Source: Entomortierella parvispora E1425 (lineage: Eukaryota > Fungi > Mortierellomycota). Taken from it: a stretch of 64,000 bases of DNA. Position numbers and translations under genes: made by a program. Shown piece after piece: positions 11,906 through 23,709 of this stretch (its first letter is position 1; each line of letters starts with the position of its first letter). The stretch spans positions 1,178,001 through 1,242,000 of the forward strand of contig BQFW01000001.1 of the NCBI GenBank assembly GCA_020891255.1. The letters run 5' to 3'. The notes under the pieces are model-generated. The model saw only the letters and a list, made by a program, of their open reading frames with translations. It did not search any database and was not told where the DNA came from.

Positions 11906-13301
11906 GTAATTCGCCTGAACGTTACTTCAAGCACTGAACAAAATGGTTTAGGGTGGCCATGTGGAAAATACGAACGAGGGCGTCGAACGAGGGCGCGTCG
12001 AGATGGTGCGAGCGATGGATATGGATCTGGTACGATATGAGTGCGTCAGTCCAAGGACGGAGGGAAAGGGCGGGTGCAAGCAACGGGGATGGTGGATAAA
12101 GGGGAGCTTGAGGGTAGAGAGGGAAACGACAAAGGAACTGGAGATCTTGCGGTCTCAAGAAGCGGGCCAATGTTGAAGCGAGGACCTCACGAAAAAAAAG
12201 TTATTATGGGAGATGTGACCATGGATCCCGACAGTCTGAAGCGAGAATGTTTATCGGGGAGTAGGAAAATTATCAGTGGAAGCGACGAGGGCACTGATGG
12301 ACGAGTGCCCAAAGGCGGGACCAGAAGTTGCCTTCGTTCTATTTCTATCAACAAAAAACAAGAGATATTTAGATTCTCCGAGGACTAAAGTTCAGAAAAC
12401 CAGCCGATGAGTGATGACACGTTCACAAGCAGCGTCTCGTCCATGCACCCTTGATGTCAACACTGAACAGAACCCCATAGTGTTGAAGATGGCCTACACC
12501 AAAGTGTTGGATTTAGCGAAAAGGGTACATCCACTTTCTCTTAATTTTGCCGCTTTCTAAGGGCTCCGGATCCAAGCGTACGAAGCTTGAAAAGACCAAT
12601 AGAGCTCAGGACGTCGCCGCGGATCGTGAAGTCGCCCACAGAAGTAATCAGCAATTAAATACCAACTCCTACTCAGTCTGTGGGCGGAGAAGGAGGAGTA
12701 GGAGGAGGAGGAGGAGGAAAGACGGGGATTGGAGTGGCGGCGGCAGTGGTGCAAATCTGCCAGCATCATCAAAAATAACTCTAGCAAAGGATTGTACTAA
12801 AAGTCAAAAGGGATGCCGAAAAAGCAAGGGCCGGCACAAATGGGGGCAGAGAAAAGTAAGGGAAGAGAAGATGCAAAGATCCATGGCAGGGACAAATGGG
12901 GCAGAGAAAAGCAAGGGGAGAGAAGAGCCTGGGAAGCAAAAAAACCAAAAATAATGAGGATGGTGGCCGTAAGAGAAAAGACTGCAGAATATCTAAGAGG
13001 CACCGATCTAGGAGTGGTTAGCCCCTCCTCCTTCTTGTTTCGCCAACTTTCGGCAAGTTCGGATTGGCTGTGAAGATGGTGATGCAGAGAAAACAGAGAA
13101 ACACGACGGATGGGTTGAAAAAAGGGGCGAGCACCCGGGAAAACAGAGAAACGAAAAAATATGGCGCAGAAAAGATGAGGCCACAAGCTCCACAGTGGTT
13201 TTCTCTCCTGGTTTTCCTCGTTCATGTCCTCCCCCGAATTTCCTCTAGTTTCTTTGCATGGCCGATCGATTTGTGTAGTTTCATTTTCGACCCTATTCAC
13301 G

Positions 13302-13310
13302 TATATAAAG
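13302..13310 (+). promoter_or_regulatory. Candidate TATA box of peptide gene P2
   Basis: TATATAAAG ~250 nt upstream of ATG 13561. Probable 5'-UTR intron 13446 (GTAGGC) to 13541 (CAG), at the same position as in P1. Confidence 0.6.
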
Positions 13311-13560
13311 AAGCAGTGTAGACTCCTGCTCAAACACACATCTGAACCTACTCCAAAACTCAGGAATCGCAACAATTCTCTCAGCACTCACACAACTGTC
13401 AGAAGAACTATTGAAATCACTGTTCCAGTCTCCACTTCTAGCAACGTAGGCTACTTTCACTCGTATCTTGGCTTGGTACAATATTTTACCTCTTCGATTA
13501 TCCTATCTCTAACATATATCTCCCTCACATCCATTCGCCAGTAGAATCCTTCAACAGAAC

Positions 13561-13788
13561 ATGAAGTCACTGAGCATGGTTTTTGCCCTACTGCTGGCCT
13601 CGTTAAGCTTCAGCGCATGCATAGAAGCTGCAAAGGGATGTAGCCGTAGTGGGCACTGCTGGGCAAACTGCGGAACCACGCCTGCCGAATGGTGCTATAC
13701 TGGAGAATACGATTCCTACAAGTTCTGCAAAAACTCTGAAGATTGCCGGGATGATTTGCCATGCGTTGGTCGATGTGGTCAACTTTAG
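13561..13788 (+). CDS. P2: small secreted 8-Cys peptide (75 aa), Tha p 2-like
   Basis: Signal MKSLSMVFALLLASLSFSACIEA. Mature GCSRSGHCWANCG..EWCYTG..YKFCKNSEDC..LPCVGRC. Same Cys scaffold as P1. Confidence 0.9.
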   Translation: MKSLSMVFALLLASLSFSACIEAAKGCSRSGHCWANCGTTPAEWCYTGEYDSYKFCKNSEDCRDDLPCVGRCGQL

Positions 13789-14675
13789 ATTATCCTTCAT
13801 ATATCCAGCAGCCTTTCGTACACACCTCGAGTTTCATAGCCCTTTTTCATAGCGCACACACTTGTTGGCCCTATTTTCTGGAAAGCAAATACCGCAATCA
13901 ATTAAAAGAACCCTCTTCAATTTTTTTGATGCACAGGTCGTATGTAAACGATGAAGAAGAGCCAGAAAACTGATTACACCCCCCCCCCCCCAAAAAAAAA
14001 AGACTTTTTATTATCACTGATCTTTACACCCTTTGGATTTTTATGATGATACAGACGTTTAATAGTGTCGTTCGAACCTGAGTCCTATGGTGGGCACCAA
14101 CCGCTATAGTTGGAGTGAGTTAAAGGTCTCTATTTTTGGTAATGGATGAGTGTATTCATCGCTAAAACGCGTACCTTTCATATTTTTTTCTATTCGTCAT
14201 TTTCAAAGCCTATAAAGGCTGTAATATCTCTGACTCTTTTTTTGGACGTTACCAGTGTGTCCAGGCTCAGGCGTCGAGGCTGCGACCGCCAAAGCTCCAA
14301 AGTCTCGACCTGGTCATTCTCCTTGTCCAAGTTCTCGTGTGAATGCCCTCACACCATCAAGGCATTAGGTGCTATCTTGCTGCAGACATTCGTAACATCT
14401 ATAATACCCACAACCCACAAAGAGGATTTTCTTTAAAAAAAAAAAAAAAAAAAAAGAGGGAACTGTTTGCAATATTCATGGCTTTATTCTGCTTTGGCGC
14501 ATGCTTTGAGAGAGGACACATTGCGCCGGATGCGCTTAAATGATGTCTCCATACTCTTCTAACAGGCCCTCAGTTTGACTGCTCCTGCAGTGGCGTTTTG
14601 TCCTCAGGGTCGAGTATTATAGTTGACAGGAGGTGGACTGGCCAGTCGGTGCTGAGCTTGTTAGACCGGTCCCTG

Positions 14676-16945
14676 TTACAAAAGATATTGCTCTTGTTGA
14701 AATTGCTGCTTTTGCAGAAAATGTTGCTCTTGCAAGTGCATCAGCTGCATCGACTGTCGGTGCTGGTCGCCCTGATGTTGTTGTGGAGGAGAGGTCACCG
14801 GAGAGAGGGGTGTCGACCATTGCTGGCCTTGATACTCAGCTGGAGCCTGGCATTGGTGAGCTGGAGCCTGGCCCTGGTACTGGGATGAAGATTGGAAAGG
14901 GGAAGGGTTGATGGCAACAGCCAATGGTGCCCCGGTGCCAAAACTGTTCCGGGCCACACCAGAAGAGTTTAGCGACTGTCGGAAGAGGGCCGACTCTCGT
15001 GCGTTCTGACTCTCTGCTTGGATAAAACTCTGACGTTCTCGGAAACCTGCCTCTAAGATTTGCAATTGACGCTCGCGCTCTTTAGGGGAAATGGCTATTG
15101 CCTCCAGAGCAGCTGCTGCACCAGCCCTGAATGCATCGGCCGGATCGATGGATGAAGCTGCCTTCTCCATCGAAATCTGATCGTATGGGCTACCGCCAGG
15201 GGACATGTACCCCTGGGATGTGGTTGAGCCGCGCCACTTCTGTCTCTCTTGTTCAAGGAACTCGGCCCTCATGGGAATGGTCTCGGAGTTGAGACTATTG
15301 TATCGGGATCTTTTTTCGTAAGAAGAGAGAGTCTCATCCCCATCTTGATCCCCCATGCTGGACCATGCTCTTGATTGGCAGTAGAAACAGAACCCAGCAG
15401 CCACGGCTGACAATAACAAGATCGCTCCTGCAGCACCGCCACCGATGATGGCAAGTTGGTTGTGAGAGCCATCTTTGATATCACTGTTCATATCCAGGTT
15501 TCCGTTCATCGCGGGGGTGGATGTACCAGTTCCAGCACTACTCGCACTGGTGGCTGCGTTGGTGGTTTTGGTGGACGTGTCAGGCCAGGTCGGTTTGTAC
15601 TGATCCACGAATGTGTTTGTCTTGAGGTCGAAAAGGAGAATGGGAGGCGAATTTGTATCCACGCCATTGGAGCCTCCCCAATTGATTAACGTATCGTTAA
15701 CTATCGCACATGCACTTCCAATTCGAGGCTGAGGGGCAGAAGGACCCTGGGTCCAGGACATCGTAGGCACGTCCAAGATCCATAGATCGCTCAACATCGA
15801 ACCTGCTCCTTTGGGACCGTATAACCGTCCTCCCAATACAACCACCTTTGTTCCATCTTCAGCTGATGTCATGAATAAAGAGAGAAGACATGGGACCAGA
15901 GTTAAACAACTGACGCAAAAACACATCTTCACGAATCGCATCGAAGGCAATATTGGACTCACTAGAAGCCATGCAGTGATCTATTCTATGACTTGGTCCG
16001 TGTCCTTGTTGTTTCAACTGGTTTTTTTTTTTAAAAAAAAAAGAAAAGAAAAGTTGGCATCCTATGCTCTCCCCACAAGAAAAAAGGTGTCCAGATTGTA
16101 CTTACCAGCGTCCTCCAGGCATTGCTTGCGGGAACGAACTCTGCCAGCGCAGATGATCCTGCTCTCACAGGGACGCTCAAATACAGAAGGCTCCTCCGGT
16201 AAGCAGAATAGACAGCCGAATACCATGGAGAAGTCACAGGCGTAGGAATGGTCGAAACACCCACAATGTTATTTTTGGCGATATCATAGGTGTACACATG
16301 CTGCACTGCACTTTCGCCTTTCTGGAATTCCGCCAGGTACACCACTCCTGTCTCTCGATCTTGGGCTGCTCTGTAGCTGGTGTTCAACAGGCTGCTCGGC
16401 CCAGACGCGGCCATTGTCCAAGTTTGGCCGGCTAACGTGTATTGGAAGCCAAGTGTTTGAGATCTATCCTGAAACCCTCCAAACGTGTTAAGATATTTTC
16501 CATCCAACGAGATGGTTAAAGATCCCCCACGAAAACTGTAAAGATTGATCTCTTCGTTTAGATATCTCGGCGGTCCGATATTAGTCCAGGCTGGTTGGCT
16601 AACATTCCAGGCAGCGGTGAGGTCCAAGGCTATGAACTGATTGATCGGTGTAGCAGCTGTTACCCTACTTGCGCCGTCTGGAACCACTATTTTTGCTCCT
16701 CCCAGAATGAAAAACTGTGTCTTAGAAGTTACAGAAAGGGCTCCAAACGTTGTAACATACAAGTTTGTTGCCGGTGGAGACTGTGCAGTAACCAAGACGT
16801 CGAACGAAGATATCATCAGCATGATGGCAACAATGAACCAAACACAGGATGCGGGTGGACGATCCTGATGGCCTCTGCAGGCTGTTTTTCTTTCCCAGAT
16901 CAGTGGGAATTGTGTACCCGGTAAGGTATTATCAAAGGTCCCCAT
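14676..16945 (-). CDS. K6: Kelch membrane-protein paralogue with nonsense-truncated C-terminus (~693 aa)
   Basis: Exons 16945-16106, 16017-15963 (55 nt) and 15862-14676; 2082 nt in frame. TAA at 14676-78 and again at 14661-63 precede the still-readable ancestral end ...SPPPVNYNTRP*(14604). Confidence 0.8.
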
Positions 16946-17540
16946 GTCAGGCAACGGTCGCTGTCCGTCCAATCGGTTTTCTCAATCGTATCGGATGCGA
17001 GGAGGAGGGAGGCTCGATGCTTGTTTGAACAGGAATGTGAGGGGAAAACTGGAGTGGGCGGGAAGTAGGATGAGAGGAAAACGTAAAGAAAACAAGAAGC
17101 CGAGCAAAGGAGAAAGACAGGTTCACCATCCCAGTTCTGCCCTGCTCCTCTTGTTCCCCGGGTTTCCAACCGCTTCTTGAATGGTTTCCTTCGTTGCTGA
17201 ACACGAAGCGTTGAGCATTGAGAGCTTGCGCTGCTGTGCAACCCAGAGTTTCTTTTTTTTTCTCTTTTCAACTTTTTGTGCGCAATCTTTGTTGCTGGAA
17301 AACCTCAATCACTTGAAGCGTCTCCTTCCTCTCAACTCAACGCCATCTAGCTGAAGCAAGCTCGAGGGGTACAAGGAATATAGACTACATACATGCAGGA
17401 CAACACATGCCCAGATAAAAGTCGTCAACGTCTGCTGCTTTTTATTTGATGCGATGGGCGTTCTTTTGAGAACTGAAGGGTGGCGCCTAACGCGTGAGAA
17501 AGACACGTCCAATCCATTCGATGTGCTAGAGGCACTTTTG

Positions 17541-19046
17541 TTACAAGGGTCGAGTGTTATAATTGAGGGGAGGAGGGGGACTAACCAGTCCGTGCTGGGC
17601 TTGTTGGACCTGCAATTGCTGCAAAAGATGTTGTTCTTGTTGTCGTTGCTGTTGCTGCAGAAGCTGTTGCTCTTGCAAGTGCATCAGTTGCATCGACTGT
17701 CGGTGCTGGTCGCCCTGATGCTGTTGTGGAAGAGAGGTCGCTGGGGAGAGGGGTATCGACCATCGCTGGCCTTGGTACTGAGCTTGAGCCTGGCCTTGGT
17801 GAGCTGGAGCCTGGCCCTGGTACTGGGATGAAGACTGGAAAGAGGAAGGGTTGATGGCAACAGCCAATGGTGCCCCTGTGCCAAAACTGTTCCGCGCCAC
17901 ACCAGAAGAGTTCAAGGACTGTCGGAAGAGGGCCGACTCTCGTTCGTTCTGACTCTCTGCTTGAATAAAACTCTGACGTTCTCGGAAACCTGCCTCTAAG
18001 ATCTGCAATTGAAGCTCGCGCTCTCGAGGGGAAATGGCAATTGCCTCCAGAGCCGCCGCAGCGCCAGCCTTGAACGCGTCGGCCGGGTCGATGGATGAGG
18101 CTGTCTTCTCCATCGACATCCGATCGTATGGGCTACCACCGGAGGACATGTACCCCTGGGGTGTGGTCGAGCCGCGCCACTTCTGTCTCTCTTGTTCAAG
18201 GAACTCGGCTCTCATAGGAATGGTCTCGGAGTTGAGACTATTGTATCGGGATCTTTTTTCGTAGGAAGAGAGAGTCTCATCCCCATCTTGATCCCCGGTG
18301 CTGGACCATTCTCTTGATTGAAAGGCAGGCCTGCGTGTGCGTGTTCGCTTTCGTCGGTAGAAAAAGAACCCAGCACCCGCGGCTGACAATAGCAAGACAG
18401 CTCCTGCGGCACCGCCACCGATGATTGCAGTTTGGTTGTTTGAGCTGTCTTTGACATCACTGCTCATGTCCAGGTTTCCGCTCATCGTGGGGGTGGGCGT
18501 AACAGTTCCAGTACTGCTCGTACTGGTGGCTGCGCTGGTGGTTTTGGTGGACGTGTCAGGCCAGGTCGGTTTGTACTGATCCACGAATGTGTTTGTCTTG
18601 AGGTCGAAAAGGAGGATGGGAAGCGACTCCGCAGGAACACCATTGAAGCCTCCCCAATTGATCAACGTATCGTTAACTATAGTACAGGCACTCCCGTATC
18701 GAGGCTCTGGGGCAGGAGGGCCTTGCGTCCAGGACATAGAGGGAACGTCTAAGATCCATAGCTCGTTTGTATACGTTGCATCTATTGAGTTGATAGTGGG
18801 CAGTCCCCCGCCAAATACAACGACCTTTGTTCCATCTTCGTCTGATGTCAGGAAGCAAAAGCATATCCGTAGGAGTAGAGTTAGTCTATTGGTAACAGAA
18901 CGCCTTGCATGCATCGTCTTGACATAGCGATAGACTCACTGGATGCCACGCACGGGTAGACTTTGGCACTTGGTCCACCTTCTTGTACCGACTGGATATT
19001 TGTATAAAAGGAATAAAAGGTATTTAACCGTCTGTGCTCTTTTCAC

Positions 19047-19084
<38 letters not shown>

Positions 19085-19986
19085 AGAAAAAAAAATAAGG
19101 TCGAAGGAGCAAAGACTCTGCTTACCAGACTTGCCCAGGCATTACTCGTGGGAATGTATTCTGTCAGCACTAACGGGGTTGGTGTCTGATACTGAGTAGC
19201 ACCCAAATACAGAAAGCTCTTCCTGTATGCCGAGTAGACAACTGAACACAGCGGATTTATCATTGTCGACGAAAGTCCATGTGGTGTTGACACGACTGGG
19301 ATCAGCCAACCATCTGTGATGTTATTCTTTGCGATGTCAAAAGAATACATGTACTGCGTGAAATTCGCGTCTCCATTGAGCTCAGCTACGTACACTAGTC
19401 CCGTTTCTGGATCTTGGGCTGCTCTGAAAGTAGGATCAGACATGAAGTTTGTCTCCGCTGGCGACATAGTCCAAGTTTTATCGGCAAACGTGTATTGAAG
19501 GCTGATTGGAGATTCGGGTCCTGCATCTGTTAACCCTCCGAACGTATTGATATGTTTTCCGTCCAATGAGACGGCCAGCAAGCCGTCGATTAGGAGGATC
19601 TCGTGGCCTAGGTATCTAGGCGGAACAATATCAGCCCAGATTGGTTGGGTGGCATTCCAAGGAACGGTGAGGTCCAAGGCTATAAACTGATTGATCGGTG
19701 TAGACTCTGGGTGGCCATTTTTGTCCATAGAGACAGTAACTCCACCAAGGATGAAAAACTGTGTCTTTGAAGCTGTGGTCAAGGGTGCAGCTGTCACCAC
19801 ATACGGGGTTGCTGGTAGGGACTGTGCAGAAGCTGAGGTGCTGAATGACACTAGTATCAAGGTGCCGACAAGTAGCCACAAAAGACAAGCTGCGAAAGAA
19901 TCGTTTCGACGACCATTGTGAGCTGTTGTTCTTTCCGGGACCCGTGGGAACCGTGCCCCTGATAAGGTGTTTCCGAAGGTGCCCAT
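17541..19986 (-). CDS. K7: Kelch single-pass membrane protein (intact, ~737 aa)
   Basis: Exons 19986-19126, 18991-18940 and 18841-17541; 2214 nt in frame. Signal ...TLILVSFSTSASA-Q, TM IIGGGAAGAVLLLSAAGAGFFFY-RRKR, end PPPPLNYNTRPL. Confidence 0.9.
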
Positions 19987-20621
19987 TTCAAGTACAGGAG
20001 TCGTTCTTCGAATTCCTTGTCAATACTCTCTAATGCGAGGAGGAGCTGGTGCCGTCGGGTATAGGCAGAGGCACACTTGGAGGGAGGAAGTAAAGTGGGC
20101 GAGATGGCAAGGGGGGAAAGGTCTCAAAACAGCGATGGAATGGAGTGAAAAAGAAAAAGGAGATTTGCCAGTCCAGCAGAGTGAAGAAGCTGTCTTGGCC
20201 CAGGCCTTCCTCTCTCATTCCCTGACTGTAGTCATGTCCTGTTTGGTTTCTTTTGCACTGAACACGAAGCCGTTGAGCACAGAGAGTTTGTGCTGCTGTG
20301 CAACCTGGGATTTCTTTTGTGTTTTTTTTTCTTCGACTTTTTGAGCACAATCTCTGTTGCTTGCATGCCTCAATCACTTGAGGTACCTACATGTATCTTC
20401 TTCTCACCATGATGCCATCCAGTGGACGACGACAATGAACACAAGCTCTGAAAGAAATATACGTACAGTACAGTACAGTATATACAGTATAGAGCCGCTC
20501 ATGCGTTTGGTTTTTCGTATCAATAGCTCTGCTTGAAGTCTCACAGATAATGCATGAAAGACACTTCCATCCTACGACAGGAAATATTCTTTATTTACTT
20601 TTCATCGTGAAGATTCTGTCC

Positions 20622-22103
20622 CTAGGGTCGGGTGTTATAGTTGAGGGGGGGAGGGGGACTGGCCAGTCCTTGCTGAGCTTGCTGAACCTGTAATTGATGC
20701 AAAAGATGTTGTTCTTGCTGTTGTTGCTGTTGCTGCAGAAGCTGTTGCTCTTGCAAGTGCATCAGTTGCATCGACTGTCGGTGCTGGTCGCCCTGAAGCT
20801 GTTGTGGAAGAGAGGTCGCTGGAGAGAGGGGTGTCGACCATTGCTGGCCTTGGTACTGAGCTGGAGCCTGGCCCTGGTACTGGGATGAAGACTGGAAAGG
20901 GGAAGGGTTGATGGCAACAGCCAATGGTGCCCCTGTGCCAAAACTGTTCCGCGCCACACCAGAAGAGTTCAAGGACTGTCGGAAGAGGGCCGACTCTCGT
21001 TCGTTCTGACTCTCTGCTTGAATAAAACTCTGACGTTCTCGGAAACCTGCCTCTAAGATCTGCAATTGAAGCTCGCGCTCTCGAGGGGAAATGGCAATTG
21101 CCTCCAGAGCCGCCGCAGCGCCAGCCTTGAACGCGTCGGCCGGGTCGATGGATGAGGCTGTCTTCTCCATCGACATCCGATCGTATGGGCTACCACCGGA
21201 GGACATGTACCCCTGGGGTGTGGTCGAGCCGCGCCACTTCTGTCTCTCTTGTTCAAGGAACTCGGCTCTCATAGGAATGGTCTCGGAGTTGAGACTATTG
21301 TATCGGGATCTTTTTTCGTAGGAAGAGAGAGTCTCATCCCCATCTTGATCCCCGGTGCTGGACCATTCTCTTGATTGAAAGGCAGGCCTGCGTGTGCGTG
21401 TTCGCTTTCGTCGGTAGAAAAAGAACCCAGCACCCGCGGCTGACAATAGCAAGACAGCTCCTGCGGCACCGCCACCGATGATTGCAGTTTGGTTGTTTGA
21501 GCTGTCTTTGACATCACTGCTCATGTCCAGGTTTCCGCTCATCGTGGGGGTGGGCGTAACAGTTCCAGTACTGCTCGTACTGGTGGCTGCGCTGGTGGTT
21601 TTGGTGGACGTGTCAGGCCAGGTCGGTTTGTACTGATCCACGAATGTGTTTGTCTTGAGGTCGAAAAGGAGGATGGGAAGCGACTCCGCAGGAACACCAT
21701 TGAAGCCTCCCCAATTGATCAACGTATCGTTAACTATAGTACAGGCACTCCCGTATCGAGGCTCTGGGGCAGGAGGGCCTTGCGTCCAGGACATAGAGGG
21801 AACGTCTAAGATCCATAGCTCGTTTGTATACGTTGCATCTATTGAGTTGATAGTGGGCAGTCCCCCGCCAAATACAACGACCTTTGTTCCATCTTCGTCT
21901 GATGTCAGGAAGCAAAAGCATATCCGTAGGAGTAGAGTTAGTCTATTGGTAACAGAACGCCTTGCATGCATCGTCTTGACATAGCGATAGACTCACTGGA
22001 TGCCACGCACGGGTAGACTTTGGCACTTGGTCCACCTTCTTGTACCGACTGGATATTTGTATAAAAGGAATAAAAGGTATTTAACCGTCTGTGCTCTTTT
22101 CAC

Positions 22104-22141
<38 letters not shown>

Positions 22142-23051
22142 AGAAAAAAAATAAGGTCGAAGGAGCAAAGACTCTGCTTACCAGACTTGCCCAGGTACCG
22201 CTCGCGGGAATGTATTCTGTCAGCACTAACGGGGTTGGTGTCTGATACTGAGTAGCACCCAAATACAGAAAGCTTTTCCTGTATGCCGAGTGGACAACTG
22301 AACACCCCGGATTTATCATTGTCGACGAAAGTCCATGTGGTGTTGACACGACTGGGATCATCGATGCATCTGCAATAATGTTATTCTTTGGGATATCAAA
22401 AGAATACATGTACTGCACAACACTCGCGTTTCCATTGAGCTCAGCTACGTACACTAGCCCCGTCGCTGGATCTTGGACTGATATGAAAGTAGCATTAGGT
22501 ATGGCGCTTGCCTCCGCTGGCGACATAATCCAAGTTTTATCGGCAAACGTGTATTGAAGGCTGAATGGATATGTGGGTCCTTCGTCTCTAAACCCTCCAA
22601 ATGCATTGATATGTTTTCCGTCGAACGAGACGGCGAGCGAGCCGCCGTTTCCATTGGCTAGGAAGAGCTCTTGGTTTTGGTATCTAGGCGGACCAATATT
22701 AGTCCAGACTGGCTGGCTGGCATTCCAAGGAACGGTGAGATCCAAGGTGATAAACTGATCGATTGGTGATTGTTGGTTGCCATTTTTTTCCGGAGAGAAA
22801 ACAACTCCACCCAGGATGAAAAACTGTGTCTTTGAAGCTGTAGACAAGGCTCCAGCTGTCACCACATACGGGGTTGTTGGTAGAGACTGTGCAGAAGCTG
22901 AGGTAGTGAATGACACTAGTATCAAGGTGCTGACAAGTAGCCACAAAAGACAAGCTGCGAAAGAATCGTTTCGACGGCCATTGTGAGCTGTTGTTCTTTC
23001 CGGGACCCGTGGGAACCGTGCCCCTGAAAAGGTGTTTCTGAAGGTGCCCAT
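20622..23051 (-). CDS. K8: Kelch single-pass membrane protein (intact, ~732 aa)
   Basis: Exons 23051-22182, 22048-21997 and 21898-20622; 2199 nt in frame. Exon 3 is almost identical to that of K7. Confidence 0.9.
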
Positions 23052-23709
23052 TTCTTGTACAGGAGTCGTTCCTCGAATTCAGGCCTTGTCAATACTCTCT
23101 GATGCGAGGAGGAGCTGGTGCCGTCGGTTATAGGCAGAGGCACACTTGGAGGGAGGAAGTAAAGTGGGCGAGATGGCAAGGGGGGAAAGGTCTCAAAACA
23201 GCGATGGAATGGAGTGAAAAAGAAAAAGGAGATTTGCCAGTCCAGCAGAGTGAAGAAGCTGTCTTGGCCCAGGCCTTCCTCTCTCATTCCCTGACTGTAG
23301 TCATGTCCTGTTTGGTTTCTTTTGCACTGAACACGAAGCCGTTGAGCACAGAGAGTTTGTGCTGCTGTGCAACCTGGGATTTCTTTTGTGTTTTTTTTTC
23401 TTCGACTTTTTGAGCACAATCTCTGTTGCTTGCATGCTTCAATCACTTGAGGTACCTACATGTATCTTCTTCTCACCATGATGCCATCCAGTGGACGACG
23501 ACAATGAACACAAGCTCTGAAAGAAGTACACGTATGTAAAGTACAGTACAGTACTGTACAGTACAGTACAACAGTATAGAGCCGCTCGTGCGTTTGGTTT
23601 TTCGAATCAATAACTCTGCTTGAAGTCTCACAGATAATGCATGAAAGACACTTCCATCCTACGACAGGAAATATTCTTTATTTTACTTTTCATCGTGAAG
23701 ATTCTGTCC

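Larger units (their letters stand above)
6860..13910. repeat. Tandem segmental duplication of ~3.5-3.65 kb: copy A ~6860-10450, copy B ~10515-13910
   Basis: Colinear homology, e.g. 6872 gctgaatgac / 10523 gctgaatgac; 7881-8170 / 11600-11880; 8641-8900 / 12380-12650; 9811-9990 / 13287-13460; and the peptide genes at 10080 / 13561. Confidence 0.9.

Noticed and set aside
14655-14680. RIP-like C->T mutation (two CAx->TAA changes in K6)
   Set aside because: Two events are insufficient. Near-identical duplicates K7/K8 show no CpA->TpA excess or AT enrichment, and RIP is established for Dikarya rather than this inferred lineage.
14880-14960. RHIM/HET-s-like amyloid signalling motif in the receptor tail (NSFGTGAPLAVAINP)
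   Set aside because: No G-x-Q/N-x-G pseudo-repeat pattern is evident, and the segment is not conserved in K10/K11.
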